The translations under genes were made by a program, and so were the position numbers. Positions 8,158 to 16,946 of a DNA stretch of 32,000 nt are shown in pieces. Numbering within the stretch: position 1 is the first letter of the stretch; each line of letters begins with the position of its first letter. Source of the stretch: an uncultured bacterium (GTDB lineage Bacteria > Auribacterota > JACPWU01); contig CAZXEQ010000004.1 in assembly GCA_964640155.1 (NCBI GenBank), forward strand, positions 30,001-62,000, read 5' to 3'. The notes beneath the pieces are model-generated. The model was not told the origin of the DNA. It was given only the letters and a program-made list of their open reading frames with translations, and made no database searches.

Positions 8158-8613
8158 ATGAATCTTATTTTATTCTTGAGTTGTTCTGGCATTATTCTGG
8201 CACTGGATCAAGTTTCTAAGTATTATGCCTCTCAATTTCTTTCTCCAATGTCAGCTATTACACTCATCCCAAGTCTTTTTAATCTCGTCCTTGTTCATAA
8301 CACAGGAAGTGCTTTTGGATTTTTTAAAGGAAATCTGGTTTTTCTCTTGATCACAACAACTCTTTCCATAACGCTACTCATTTATCTCTATATTCGTTAT
8401 GCGCGTTATCATAAAGGGCTTTCGCTCGCCTTAGGATTGATCTTAGGCGGAGCATTGGGGAATTGGATAGATCGATTTTTTCGAGGTTTCGTTATTGATT
8501 TTTTAGATTTTTATTGGAAAAATCATCATTGGCCTGCTTTCAATATAGCAGATAGTGCTATTACAGTTGGCGCATGTATTCTAGGATTTTTTACCATACG
8601 ACAAATTAAATAA
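8158..8613 (+). CDS. lspA: lipoprotein signal peptidase (signal peptidase II)
   Basis: HNTGSAFGFF and FNIADSAI catalytic-Asp motifs, with four hydrophobic helices. Confidence 0.9.
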   Translation: MNLILFLSCSGIILALDQVSKYYASQFLSPMSAITLIPSLFNLVLVHNTGSAFGFFKGNLVFLLITTTLSITLLIYLYIRYARYHKGLSLALGLILGGALGNWIDRFFRGFVIDFLDFYWKNHHWPAFNIADSAITVGACILGFFTIRQIK

Positions 8614-8625
8614 AGTCTCCTTCAA

Positions 8626-9420
8626 ATGCAATCCATACTTTTTCATATAGGTTCTTTCACTATTTATTCTTATGGGACCATTCTTGCTCTCGCATTTATT
8701 TTAAGCATGATTATTGTTTTGTGGAAAAGTGCTCGTTTGGGGATGACACGTCAAACCATTTATGATTTAGGAATTTGGATTATTATTGGAGGACTTTTAG
8801 GAGCAAGAATTGCATATGTATTTTTAAACTTGGATGAATTCAAAAATCATCTACTTGAAATTTTTATGATTCAACATGGGGGACTAGCTTTTCATGGTAG
8901 TTTTATAGGTGGTGTTTTATCTCTTTGGATATTCACAAGATTACGAAAATTATCTTTTTTTAAAATGCTCGATCTGGTCATACCTCCTCTTGTTTTAGGT
9001 CACTCGATTGGTCGGATGGGTTGTTTTTTAAATGGATGTTGCTTCGGAACATTGACAAAATGTGATTGGGCTGTCAATTTTCCTGCAAATAGCTTACCCG
9101 CTTATCATTGGGGCAAATTACATCTCATTCATCCAACTCAAATTTACGAAGCCGTCGCTCTTCTCACTTTATTTTTTATTTTATTAATCATTGATAAGAA
9201 AAAACGTTTTGATGGGACAACTTTTTGTTTTTATCTTCTGCTTTATCCCATTATTCGATTCTGCACAGAATTCTTTCGAGGCGATCATACTCTCGTTATT
9301 TTAAATCGATTTACCTTCTTTCAGGGAATTAGTGTTGTGCTTTTCCTTTTAGGCGGTATTCTATATGCACTATTGAGTTACTATGACCGACGAAGAAATC
9401 ATCAAACAGTTTCCAGTTGA
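8626..9420 (+). CDS. lgt: prolipoprotein diacylglyceryl transferase
   Basis: HGGLAFHGSFIGG and GRMGCFLNGCCFG (Lgt signature region). Polytopic membrane protein adjacent to lspA. Confidence 0.9.
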   Translation: MQSILFHIGSFTIYSYGTILALAFILSMIIVLWKSARLGMTRQTIYDLGIWIIIGGLLGARIAYVFLNLDEFKNHLLEIFMIQHGGLAFHGSFIGGVLSLWIFTRLRKLSFFKMLDLVIPPLVLGHSIGRMGCFLNGCCFGTLTKCDWAVNFPANSLPAYHWGKLHLIHPTQIYEAVALLTLFFILLIIDKKKRFDGTTFCFYLLLYPIIRFCTEFFRGDHTLVILNRFTFFQGISVVLFLLGGILYALLSYYDRRRNHQTVSS

Positions 9421-10312
9421 TCCGCACGATGCAGGCAAGCGAATTGATTTGGTTCTCACAGAAAAATATCCTCGTTTCTCTCGAACTCGCTTTCAAAATC
9501 TTATTGAAGATCAAAAAGTTTTCTTAGATGGTGTCGTTTGTAAATCCCGCACAAAGCCTAGAGCTGGACAAATCATCGAGCTTCATATTCCTCCTCCAAA
9601 AAAAATTGAAATTCTTCCTGAAGAAATTCCTTTGGATATTCTCTATGAAGATGATGAGATTCTGGTTTTAAATAAGCAACCGGGGTTGGTTGTTCATCCA
9701 GCTCCAGGGCATTCTAAGCATACCCTGGTCAATGCAGTATTGGCTCATTGCGGAAAACTTGCTCAAGCTGATGATCCTTTGAGGCCCGGCATTGTTCATC
9801 GTCTGGATAAAGACACATCCGGTTGCCTTATGGTCGCTAAACATGAAGAGGGCCTGAGAAAAATCGGTGCTCAATTTGAAAAACGCAAAGTCATGAAACA
9901 ATATTTGGCTTTAGTTTGGGGAAAAATGAAAGCCTTTAAAGGAGAGGTAGAACTTGCCATAGGGCGCCATCCTGTGGATCGAAAAAAGATGGCTGTTGTT
10001 CTCAGTGGAAAACCTGCGCACACCACTTTTGAAGTGATTGAAAGATTTGAGAAAGCAACCCTCATTCGAGTTTTTTTAAGAACGGGACGAACGCATCAAA
10101 TTCGTGTTCATATGGCCCATTTAGGACATCCGGTGCTAGGGGACGGCGACTATGGGAAAAAGGGAATGGAGCTCGCCGAAGAGATGGGAATCAGCCGTCA
10201 AATGCTTCATGCCGCTATTTTAGGAGTTACACATCCTCGTACTAATCAATGGGTTCTTTTTTCTGCTCCTATGCCTCAAGACATGATTGATGCGATGGAA
10301 AAACTAAAATAA
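9383..10312 (+). CDS. rluD: RluA-family 23S rRNA pseudouridine synthase (RluD-like)
   Basis: N-terminal S4-like segment and the HRLDKDTSG catalytic motif. It overlaps the lgt 3' end by 38 nt. Confidence 0.85.
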   Translation: MTDEEIIKQFPVDPHDAGKRIDLVLTEKYPRFSRTRFQNLIEDQKVFLDGVVCKSRTKPRAGQIIELHIPPPKKIEILPEEIPLDILYEDDEILVLNKQPGLVVHPAPGHSKHTLVNAVLAHCGKLAQADDPLRPGIVHRLDKDTSGCLMVAKHEEGLRKIGAQFEKRKVMKQYLALVWGKMKAFKGEVELAIGRHPVDRKKMAVVLSGKPAHTTFEVIERFEKATLIRVFLRTGRTHQIRVHMAHLGHPVLGDGDYGKKGMELAEEMGISRQMLHAAILGVTHPRTNQWVLFSAPMPQDMIDAMEKLK

Positions 10313-10367
10313 CCTCTAATTTCCTTCTATTCAACATGTTAAGCAATATCAATCTTTCCTAATAAAC

Positions 10368-10385
10368 TAGACAAAAACAGTCTGA
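10368..10385. promoter_or_regulatory. palindromic operator-like site A (AGACT-N5-WGTCT) overlapping a candidate promoter of the Rrf2 gene
   Basis: TAGACAAAAACAGTCTGA. Its reverse complement matches site B at 16 of 18 positions. It overlaps a TAGACA-18 nt-TATTAT promoter-like arrangement. Confidence 0.45.
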
Positions 10386-10428
10386 TTTTGTTATTATTAT
10401 TGATAGAGTCTTAAAGGAAGAAGGTTTT

Positions 10429-10905
10429 ATGCGTTTCACAACTAAAACAGAGTACGGTTTGGTTTGTCTGGTATATATGGCTAAAAAAGGTTCTGAATCT
10501 CTTATTACCATTAAAGAGATCTCGGAAAAGGAGGGGTTTTCTCCAACTTATATCGAAAAAATCATGCAAGCTCTGAGAACGGCCAAAATTGTTGTTTCAC
10601 ACTCTGGGAAGAATGGTGGTTATTCATTAGCAAGATCCGCTTTAGAAATTAATTTAAAAGAAATTGTAGAAGCTTTAGAAGGGCATACATTCAATGTTTT
10701 TTGTGAGCCGAATGTACGAGATCATATTGTGTGTACACATTTTTGTATGTGTAACATTAAACCTGTTTGGGAAAAGACAAAGAAAATACTTGATGATTTT
10801 TACAGCACGGTGACATTAGAAATGCTAAGCGGAAAAAGCCAATTAAATCAAACTTTAGCAAAATTTAGTTCAGCAACTGCAGATATGACAGCAAGGGTAA
10901 ATTAA
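10429..10905 (+). CDS. Rrf2-family transcriptional regulator (IscR/SufR-like, probable Fe-S sensing)
   Basis: MRFTTKTEYGLVCLVYMAK winged-helix N-terminus typical of Rrf2. Cys cluster CEPNVRDHIVCTHFCMC. Sits directly upstream of sufB. Confidence 0.85.
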   Translation: MRFTTKTEYGLVCLVYMAKKGSESLITIKEISEKEGFSPTYIEKIMQALRTAKIVVSHSGKNGGYSLARSALEINLKEIVEALEGHTFNVFCEPNVRDHIVCTHFCMCNIKPVWEKTKKILDDFYSTVTLEMLSGKSQLNQTLAKFSSATADMTARVN

Positions 10906-10923
10906 AAAAATTTTTAATGAAAT

Positions 10924-10941
10924 TCAGACTCTTTTAGTCTA
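10924..10941. promoter_or_regulatory. palindromic operator-like site B upstream of sufB
   Basis: TCAGACTCTTTTAGTCTA (AGACT-N5-AGTCT perfect arms), 35 nt upstream of the sufB ATG. Confidence 0.45.
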
Positions 10942-10975
10942 TTTTAATAAGCCTAATTTTTAAGGAGCACGTAAC

Positions 10976-12409
10976 ATGAGCAAACCGGAATCCATGATAC
11001 AAGAAGAGTATAAATACGGATTCGTTACAGATATTGAGACCGAGACTATTCCGAAGGGGTTGAATGAGGATGTCATTCGCCTCATATCTAAAAAGAAAAA
11101 CGAACCTCAATTTATGCTTGATTGGCGTTTAAAAGGGTATCGCCACTGGCTTAAGATGAAGGAGCCTACCTGGCCTAATGTTCATTACCCAGCCATTGAT
11201 TATCAGGATATTGTTTACTACTCAGCACCAAAACAAAAAACAAAATTGAAAAGTTTGGATGAAGTCGATAAAGAACTTTTAACAACTTTTGAAAAGCTGG
11301 GAATCCCTCTCGAAGAACAAAAGCGTTTAGCGGGTGTTGCTGTGGATGCTGTTTTTGACAGCGTGTCGGTCGCAACCACTTTTAAAGAAAAATTAAAAGA
11401 AGTGGGTATTATCTTCTGCTCCTTTTCTGAAGCTGTTCAAAATCATCCTGATTTGATTCAGAAATATTTAGGAACAGTTGTTCCTTATTCAGATAATTTT
11501 TTTGCAGCTTTAAATTCTGCAGTTTTTAGCGATGGATCTTTTTGCTTTATTCCAAAAGGAGTTCGATCTCCCATGGAACTTTCAACTTATTTTAGAATTA
11601 ATGCAGCGGACACAGGACAATTTGAACGCACATTGATTGTCGCTGAAGAAAGTAGTTATGTAAGTTATCTTGAAGGTTGTACGGCGCCAATTCGCGATAA
11701 AAATCAACTCCACGCTGCGGTTGTAGAATTAGTAGCACTCGATAATGCACAAATTAAATATTCTACCGTTCAGAACTGGTATGCAGGAGATAAGCAGGGA
11801 AGAGGCGGAATTTATAATTTCGTAACCAAACGGGGAAAATGCATAGGAAAGAATTCAAAAATTTCGTGGACTCAAGTTGAAACAGGTTCAGCCATCACAT
11901 GGAAATACCCCAGCGTTATTTTGATGGGAGATAACTCGGTTGGAGAATTTTATTCGGTCGCTGTTGCTAATAATATGCAGCAAGCAGACACGGGAACTAA
12001 AATGATTCATGTGGGAAAAAATACGCGCAGCACCATTATTTCAAAAGGGATTTCAGCGCACCACGGAAGCAATACTTATCGTGGCCTTGTAAAAGTTTTG
12101 CCTCAAGCAGAAAACGCGCGTAATTATACGCAATGTGATTCACTTCTTTTGGGAGGTCAATGCAGCGCTAACACTTTCCCTTACATTGAAACTCAAAACC
12201 AAACATCCCGTGTTGAGCATGAAGCATCGACATCTAAAATCAGCGATGAACAACTCTTTTATTGTAAACAGCGTGGAATTTCTTCAGAAAATGCAGTAAA
12301 TATGGTTATCAATGGATTTTGCAAAGAAGTCTTCAAAAATTTACCCATGGAATTCGCAGTCGAGGCATCAAAACTCATGAGTGTTAGTTTAGAAGGAAGC
12401 GTTGGATAG
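10976..12409 (+). CDS. sufB: Fe-S cluster assembly scaffold SufB
   Basis: 477 aa with a sequence typical of SufB ([46 protein letters not shown]). First gene of the suf operon. Confidence 0.95.
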   Translation: MSKPESMIQEEYKYGFVTDIETETIPKGLNEDVIRLISKKKNEPQFMLDWRLKGYRHWLKMKEPTWPNVHYPAIDYQDIVYYSAPKQKTKLKSLDEVDKELLTTFEKLGIPLEEQKRLAGVAVDAVFDSVSVATTFKEKLKEVGIIFCSFSEAVQNHPDLIQKYLGTVVPYSDNFFAALNSAVFSDGSFCFIPKGVRSPMELSTYFRINAADTGQFERTLIVAEESSYVSYLEGCTAPIRDKNQLHAAVVELVALDNAQIKYSTVQNWYAGDKQGRGGIYNFVTKRGKCIGKNSKISWTQVETGSAITWKYPSVILMGDNSVGEFYSVAVANNMQQADTGTKMIHVGKNTRSTIISKGISAHHGSNTYRGLVKVLPQAENARNYTQCDSLLLGGQCSANTFPYIETQNQTSRVEHEASTSKISDEQLFYCKQRGISSENAVNMVINGFCKEVFKNLPMEFAVEASKLMSVSLEGSVG

Positions 12410-12460
12410 AAATATTGCAACTAGCGTGTCATGCGTTAATAAATTTAAGAGGAGAAGGCG

Positions 12461-13216
12461 ATGTTAGATATTAAAAATTTACATGTCACAATCAATGGAA
12501 TAGAAATCCTTAAGGGGATTAATCTTTCTGTTAAAGCAGGTGAGGTTCATGCGGTCATGGGACCCAATGGATCAGGGAAAAGTACTTTAGCAAAAGTACT
12601 CGCAGGTCATCCTGATTACACGGTTACAAAAGGAAGCATTGTCTATCAAGGCAAGAACCTCTTGAAAATGGCACCTGAAAAAAGAGCAAGAGAAGGGATC
12701 TTTCTTGCTTTTCAATATCCAACAGAGATCCCCGGTGTGAGCAATACCTATTTTTTAAAAGCAGCTTTAAATGAAATTAGAGTACATCAGGGTTTGCCAG
12801 AGCTAGACGCCATGGAATTTTTGGAACTCATTAAAAAGAAAATTCAAACGGTAGAAATGGATCAAAGTTTTATTCATCGCCCAGTCAATGAAGGTTTTTC
12901 CGGGGGAGAAAAGAAGAAGAATGAGATTCTTCAAATGGCCGTTTTAGAACCTAAGCTTGCAGTTTTAGATGAAACAGATTCTGGTCTAGACATTGATGCC
13001 TTAAAAATAGTTTCTTCAGGAGTTAACAAACTTCGTGCTTCAGATCGAGCAATCATCCTTGTGACTCATTATCAAAGACTTTTAGACTACATTACTCCTG
13101 ATTTCGTGCACGTATTAATGAATGGACAAATTGTGAAATCAGGAGGGAAAGATCTGGCGCTTGATTTAGAGAAACAAGGTTATGATTGGATAAAAGAACC
13201 GATAACAAACAAATAA
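12461..13216 (+). CDS. sufC: Fe-S cluster assembly ATPase SufC
   Basis: Walker [13 protein letters not shown] signature FSGGEKKK, Walker [13 protein letters not shown]. Strong aggagaagg RBS. Confidence 0.95.
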   Translation: MLDIKNLHVTINGIEILKGINLSVKAGEVHAVMGPNGSGKSTLAKVLAGHPDYTVTKGSIVYQGKNLLKMAPEKRAREGIFLAFQYPTEIPGVSNTYFLKAALNEIRVHQGLPELDAMEFLELIKKKIQTVEMDQSFIHRPVNEGFSGGEKKKNEILQMAVLEPKLAVLDETDSGLDIDALKIVSSGVNKLRASDRAIILVTHYQRLLDYITPDFVHVLMNGQIVKSGGKDLALDLEKQGYDWIKEPITNK

Positions 13217-13221
13217 AAATC

Positions 13222-14553
13222 ATGCAAACATTATTAGATAAAGACAAAGTAAAAAATATTTTCGATGAATTTCGAAAAGACAATGCAAGGCTTGAACCTT
13301 GCTGGTTAGAAGATATCCGCGAAAGCGCTTTTTCTGCTTATCATCACCTCGATTTTCCTTCTAAAAAAAATGAAGACTGGAAATATACCGATGTGTCTTC
13401 CTTTGTTCAAACTCCATTTGAAACAGAAATCTCTTCGAATCAAAACCTGAATGATAATGATTTAAAGGCGCTTCCACTTATTAATGAAATACCTTATCGT
13501 CTCATTTTTATAAATGGACAATACAACCCCCAACTTTCATCTCTTCCAAAGCTTGAAAAATTAATTAAAGTTCTTTCGCTTAAAAATGCAGTCTCATCTG
13601 AACCGGAACTTCTTAAAAAACATCTAGGTCAGTTTATTTCTTTCGATAAAAATATTTTTTCGGCCATCAATGCAGCAATGTTTCAAGACGGTGTTTTCAT
13701 TTATCTGCCTAAAGAAACTCAAATATCAGAACCTATTCAGCTCTTTTTTATTTCTACATCAGGTTCACAAAATCCGCTTTCTCAGCCAAGAAACTTGATT
13801 ATTCTTGATCAAAAAAGCAAAGCAACTTTTATAGAACATCATCTTTCTTTGGGTGAGGGTGTTTCTTTGACGAATGCCGCTACAGAAATCATCCTACATC
13901 AAGACGCTCAATTGAATTGGTATAAAATTCAGTCAAAAAATGAAAATTCTCATCTTTTAGATACGACTTATGCTCACTTAGCTCAAGACGCCTCCTTTAA
14001 ATGCTTCACTGCATCCCTGAAAGGGCAATGGACTAGAAATAATTTAAATATTGTTTTAGCAGAAGAAAGAGCTTCTTGTGTTTTGAATGGCCTTTACCTA
14101 GTTTCGGGGACGCAACATGTTGATCATCATACTTTGGTTGATCATCTTAAACCGCAGGGAAATAGTCATCAGATTTATAAAGGCATTTTAGATGAAAAGG
14201 GAACAGCCGTATTTAGTGGAAAAGTTTTTGTTCATAGAAATGCTCAAAAAACAGACGCTTCTCAAACCAATAAGAATCTATTATTGAGCAAGGGTGCAAA
14301 GATTGACACAAAACCCCAACTAGAGATTTTTGCTGATGATGTTAAATGTAAACATGGTGCAGCGGTCGGACAATTAGAAGACGAAGCAGTTTTTTATTTA
14401 AAAAGTCGTGGAATTGGATCTGAGCGAGCCCAAAGTATTTTGAGTTATGCATTTGCTTCAGAAGTTGTAGAAACCGTAGACCTTGAGCCTTTAAAACATT
14501 TTTTAAATGAAATTCTTCTCTCAAAATTTGAGAAAAGAGGAAGTCATGATTAA
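13222..14553 (+). CDS. sufD: Fe-S cluster assembly protein SufD
   Basis: SufB/SufD beta-helix family features (QHVDHHTLVDH, TKPQLEIFADDVKCKHGAAVGQL). I chose the ATG at 13222, just after the sufC stop, rather than the overlapping 13186 start. Confidence 0.9.
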   Translation: MQTLLDKDKVKNIFDEFRKDNARLEPCWLEDIRESAFSAYHHLDFPSKKNEDWKYTDVSSFVQTPFETEISSNQNLNDNDLKALPLINEIPYRLIFINGQYNPQLSSLPKLEKLIKVLSLKNAVSSEPELLKKHLGQFISFDKNIFSAINAAMFQDGVFIYLPKETQISEPIQLFFISTSGSQNPLSQPRNLIILDQKSKATFIEHHLSLGEGVSLTNAATEIILHQDAQLNWYKIQSKNENSHLLDTTYAHLAQDASFKCFTASLKGQWTRNNLNIVLAEERASCVLNGLYLVSGTQHVDHHTLVDHLKPQGNSHQIYKGILDEKGTAVFSGKVFVHRNAQKTDASQTNKNLLLSKGAKIDTKPQLEIFADDVKCKHGAAVGQLEDEAVFYLKSRGIGSERAQSILSYAFASEVVETVDLEPLKHFLNEILLSKFEKRGSHD

Positions 14554-15814
14554 AACAGAACACAAAATAAATTCTTCTCCTAACTTGTTCCCTTTTGAAG
14601 AGGAAATGAGAAAATATCGACTTGATTTCCCCATACTTCAAGAAAAGATATATGGGAAACCCTTGGTTTATCTAGATAACGCAGCTACAACCCAAAAACC
14701 TCTCAAAGTCATTGACGCGATCACCCATTACTATAAACACGAAAATGCGAATATTCATCGCGGTATACATGCCCTTAGCACACAAGCAACTCATGCCTTT
14801 GAAAGTGCGCGACATAAAGTTCAAAAATTTCTAAATGCAAGTGACTCAAAAGAAATTATTTTTACACGAAGTGCAACAGAGGCTATCAATCTTGTTGCTC
14901 AAAGCTATGGGAAAACATTTCTCAAAGAAGGGGATGAGGTTATTATTTCTTTGATGGAGCATCATTCCAATATTGTCCCATGGCAAATGCTTTGCGAACA
15001 GATTGGAGCTACCCTTCGAGTGATTCCTATTGCTGAGAATGGTGAGTTGGAACTTGAAACTTATGAAAAAATTTTAAATAAAAGAACCAAGATTGTTGCT
15101 ATCACACAACTTTCAAATGCCTTAGGAACTCTCACTCCAATCAAAAAAATGATTCAGAAAGCTCACGGATATGGAGCCGTCGTTTTAGTCGATGGAGCTC
15201 AAGCAGTCCCTCACTTAAAAGTAGATGTTCAAGACTTGGATTGCGATTTTTACTGTTTTTCAGGACATAAACTTTTTGGTCCTACAGGCATTGGAGTTCT
15301 TTATGGGAAAACAGATCATTTGGAAGTCATGCCTCCTTATCAGGGAGGAGGGGATATGATCAGTTCTGTCAGCTTTGAAAAAACTTCTTATAATGTGTTG
15401 CCTTATAAATTTGAAGCAGGGACTCCAGATATAAGTGGCGTTATTGGCTTAGGTGCTGCTATTGATTATTTAGAAAGTATCGGTCTTAATAAAATTGCCG
15501 CTTATGAGAAAGCTCTTTTGGTTTATGGAACTTCTGAAATTCTAAAAGTCCCCAAATTAAAACTCATTGGCAACGCAAAGGAAAAAGCAAGCATTCTATC
15601 CTTTACTATTCAAGATATTCATCCTCATGATGTTGGAACTGTTCTTGATCGTGAAGGCATTGCAGTCCGAGCGGGACATCACTGTGCCATGCCTGTGATG
15701 GATTATTTTCAAATTCCTGCAACGACTCGAGCTTCTTTGGCGTTTTACAATACACGAGAGGAAATAGATGCTCTGGTTAAAGCCTTGTACAAAGTCGAGG
15801 AGATCTTTGGTTAA
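14546..15814 (+). CDS. sufS: cysteine desulfurase SufS (class II aminotransferase class V)
   Basis: LVYLDNAATTQKP, HHSNIVPWQ, SGHKLFGPTGIG (PLP lysine), RAGHHCAMP (catalytic Cys). The ATG at 14546 follows agaggaag and overlaps the sufD stop (ATGATTAA). Confidence 0.92.
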   Translation: MIKTEHKINSSPNLFPFEEEMRKYRLDFPILQEKIYGKPLVYLDNAATTQKPLKVIDAITHYYKHENANIHRGIHALSTQATHAFESARHKVQKFLNASDSKEIIFTRSATEAINLVAQSYGKTFLKEGDEVIISLMEHHSNIVPWQMLCEQIGATLRVIPIAENGELELETYEKILNKRTKIVAITQLSNALGTLTPIKKMIQKAHGYGAVVLVDGAQAVPHLKVDVQDLDCDFYCFSGHKLFGPTGIGVLYGKTDHLEVMPPYQGGGDMISSVSFEKTSYNVLPYKFEAGTPDISGVIGLGAAIDYLESIGLNKIAAYEKALLVYGTSEILKVPKLKLIGNAKEKASILSFTIQDIHPHDVGTVLDREGIAVRAGHHCAMPVMDYFQIPATTRASLAFYNTREEIDALVKALYKVEEIFG

Positions 15815-16269
15815 TGTCTGAATTAAACGAGTTATATCAAGAAATGATTTTGGAACACAACAAAAGCCCTAGAAATTACAGTGTTCTTGATCATCCAGAT
15901 GCCATGGCAGAAGGTTATAATCCTCTTTGCGGCGATCGTCTTAAACTTTATCTCAAAATGAAGGACGATGTTATTTCTGAAATTGGATTTCAAGGCTCAG
16001 GATGTGCCATCTCAAAATCATCGGCATCTCTGATGACAACCGTTGTAAAAGGCAAGAAAAGAAGCGAAGCTGAAAATATTTTTAAAGAATTTCATAATAT
16101 GCTCTCAGGAAAAGCTGCCGATAAAACTGTTTTAGGCAAGCTGACTGTTTTTGCTGGGGTTAATGAGTATCCAGCACGTGTTAAATGCGCTAGTCTAGCC
16201 TGGCATACTTTAAAAGCAGGATTGGAACATCAAAATAAAGCCGTAACAACAGAAGATAATGTGGACTAA
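15814..16269 (+). CDS. sufU: SUF-system zinc-dependent sulfur transfer protein SufU (NifU/IscU-like)
   Basis: NPLCGD, GSGCAISKSSAS and VKCASLAW motifs. TAATG overlap with sufS. Confidence 0.9.
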   Translation: MSELNELYQEMILEHNKSPRNYSVLDHPDAMAEGYNPLCGDRLKLYLKMKDDVISEIGFQGSGCAISKSSASLMTTVVKGKKRSEAENIFKEFHNMLSGKAADKTVLGKLTVFAGVNEYPARVKCASLAWHTLKAGLEHQNKAVTTEDNVD

Positions 16270-16272
16270 ATC

Positions 16273-16809
16273 ATGCAAAGAAAAAAAGTAAATTTATTAC
16301 GAGATTGTGTTGGAGCCCAAATTCCTTCAGGGGAATCGGTTTTTCTCACCAAAGACATGGAAGTCACAATTACTCAAGCCTTGGGTGGTACATACACTTT
16401 GATGACTGATCAGGGTTATCTCGTTCAACTTTCACCCAAAGATGCGGATGCGATTGGGGAAAAGCCCCCTGAAGTAAAAAAAGTCGCCAGCGATGCTCCT
16501 CTTGAAAAATTGGTATGGGATCAATTACGAACCTGCTATGACCCAGAAATTCCAGTCAATATCGTCGAACTTGGCTTAGTTTATGATTGTCAAATCACTC
16601 CCTTGCCTGAGGGAGAAAATAGAGTTTCTATCAAAATGACTCTCACTGTACCTGGTTGTGGTATGGGTGGCCCTATCAGCGAAGATGCTAAACACAAGCT
16701 CTTAGGAATTCATGGTGTCAAAGAAGCTGATATTCAATTGGTTTGGGATCCTCCCTGGAATATGACCATGATGTCCGATGCTGCAAAATTACAATTGGGC
16801 ATGATGTAA
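16273..16809 (+). CDS. sufT: SufT-like Fe-S assembly protein (DUF59/MIP18 domain with N-terminal extension)
   Basis: DPEIPVNIVELGLVY and TVPGCGMGG motifs of DUF59. Last gene of the suf cluster. Confidence 0.8.
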   Translation: MQRKKVNLLRDCVGAQIPSGESVFLTKDMEVTITQALGGTYTLMTDQGYLVQLSPKDADAIGEKPPEVKKVASDAPLEKLVWDQLRTCYDPEIPVNIVELGLVYDCQITPLPEGENRVSIKMTLTVPGCGMGGPISEDAKHKLLGIHGVKEADIQLVWDPPWNMTMMSDAAKLQLGMM

Positions 16810-16884
16810 TTTTAGCCTTTCTATTTTATTGTAACTCTTTTTATATCAATGAGTTATAGATCTATCTATATTCTCTTGGGATAT

Positions 16885-16913
16885 TTGACATTTATCCATT
16901 TTAGTGGTACAAT
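16885..16913 (+). promoter_or_regulatory. near-consensus sigma70 promoter with extended -10 for the giant gene
   Basis: TTGACA (16885-16890), a 17-nt spacer, then TGgTACAAT (-10 hexamer 16908-16913). The first in-frame ATG (16914) abuts the -10 hexamer. Confidence 0.5.
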
Positions 16914-16946
16914 ATGACTGTTTTCCAGCAAAGACAGGAATATTCA

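Noticed and set aside
13186-13221. Longer track starts for sufD (13186) and for sufS (14507..14545).
   Set aside because: Both would overlap the preceding gene by 30-45 nt. Internal ATGs at 13222 and 14546 sit right at the upstream stop codons (14546 with an agaggaag RBS) and give N-termini of typical length.
16856-16865. Perfect 10-bp palindrome ATAGATCTAT about 20 nt upstream of the giant-gene -35 box, as a possible regulator site.
   Set aside because: Many 10-bp palindromes are expected by chance in 32 kb of AT-rich DNA. I saw no second copy and no extended arms.
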